64,000 nucleotides of DNA from Escherichia phage W143. A program made the position numbers and the translations under genes. Positions 63,191 to 64,000 of the stretch are shown here, piece after piece. Location: sequence record MZ189262.1; one strand, given 5' to 3'. The first letter of the stretch is position 1, and the number at the start of each line of letters is the position of its first letter. Below the pieces are notes generated by a model, which was not told the origin of the DNA, searched no databases, and was given only the letters and a program-made list of their open reading frames with translations.

Positions 63191-63651
63191 TAGTAAAGGT
63201 CCTCAGAGTAAAGTTCTTTTTCACTACCACCACGTTCAATACGTACTTGTCCAGCGTAAGTTGCAATAATCATTGCTTCTTCACGTGTCCAATAATTACT
63301 ATATTGGTCAATAAACCCTTGGTCATCATCACAAACTTGCTGAGTAACTAATTGAGGTTTAACTACATCTAAAACTGCTGCCATATCTTTAGAATAATGA
63401 CGAGCACCCGGAATAACAAGAATTCGTCCATCTTTTAATTTAAAACGGTTGGCTGCGCAAACAATCCGTCGTTGATACTTTTGGTTTTCATCCCAGTATG
63501 CGGTCTGCCAACAGATTTCAGGAACTTCATCTAAAACATTTTGTTCTGTGTATTCACCACTGTAAGAAGCTAATTTAGCAGCCAAACTTTCTGGAGTCTC
63601 ACGTGACAAAGCTTTATCTAACAGAGCTAAACGTTCTTTAAAAGTTTTCAT
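63190..63651 (-). CDS. hypothetical protein
   Basis: 153 aa. Confidence 0.55.
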   Translation of the reverse strand: MKTFKERLALLDKALSRETPESLAAKLASYSGEYTEQNVLDEVPEICWQTAYWDENQKYQRRIVCAANRFKLKDGRILVIPGARHYSKDMAAVLDVVKPQLVTQQVCDDDQGFIDQYSNYWTREEAMIIATYAGQVRIERGGSEKELYSEDLY

Positions 63652-63977
63652 TTAAACCATCCTTTAATACGTTGCCACAAAGTTTTCTGTTGAGCTTTGT
63701 TAACACCAATTGAGCGAATAACTGATTGAGATTCCTGAAATTCTTTATAATCAGCAAGGTAAATTTCGTAAGCTGAATCCGTAAAGGAACTTATCGCTGC
63801 CATGAAATTATTGCGAATACCTACTGGAGCATCTTTACTTTCACGAATAATCATGTATTTGCCAGTCTTAATCTTTACGATAGTTCCAAGATAAGCTCCA
63901 TGATACCAGATGTCCCACCCCTCTTGAGTGGGTTCTGCACAACGACGAAGTTCATTGATAATTTCTAACTTGTTCAT
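63648..63977 (-). CDS. hypothetical protein
   Basis: 109 aa; near window edge. Confidence 0.5.
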   Translation of the reverse strand: MNKLEIINELRRCAEPTQEGWDIWYHGAYLGTIVKIKTGKYMIIRESKDAPVGIRNNFMAAISSFTDSAYEIYLADYKEFQESQSVIRSIGVNKAQQKTLWQRIKGWFK

Positions 63978-64000
63978 TATTTATTCCTCACAGTTCAGAT

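Overview
This 64 kb window is a contiguous block of a T4-like (Tequatrovirus-type) myovirus genome, with gene order and protein lengths matching the T4 map almost gene for gene. All calls rest on reading the supplied ORF translations and the raw sequence by eye, with family assignments made from memory of T4 proteins; no search or computation was run. Hand-derived motif coordinates may be off by 1-2 nt. Content, left to right: end of tail sheath gene 18, tail tube 19, portal 20, prohead core 67/68, protease 21, scaffold 22, major capsid 23, vertex 24 (+ strand); rnlB, hoc, inh (- strand); uvsW/uvsW.1 (+); uvsY, 25, 26 (-); baseplate hub genes 51, 27, 28, 29, 48, 54 (+); a long - strand early/middle block (alt and a tandem alt paralogue, ligase 30, nine 30.x ORFs, rIII, 31, cd, pseT, spanin pair, alc, rnlA, denA, nrdB, nrdA, td, frd, 32, segG-like, 59, 33, dsbA, rnh); long tail fibre genes 34-38 and holin t (+); asiA, arn and small ORFs (-). 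Regulatory sequence is readable directly: exact TATAAATA late promoters before late genes, GTTTAC(A/T)-N17-TA(T/C)TAT early promoters on the - strand, a MotA-box middle promoter before uvsY, and many GC hairpin terminators. The phage is not T4 itself: td and nrdB are uninterrupted (no group I introns), and several loci carry content I do not recall from the T4 reference. The most interesting of these are two intact tandem 685-aa Alt-type ADP-ribosyltransferase genes, two HNH homing-endonuclease insertions (18/19 and uvsW/uvsW.1), an opposite-strand early ORF between genes 23 and 24, and a 119-aa ORF between frd and td. No tRNA, rRNA or CRISPR array was seen.
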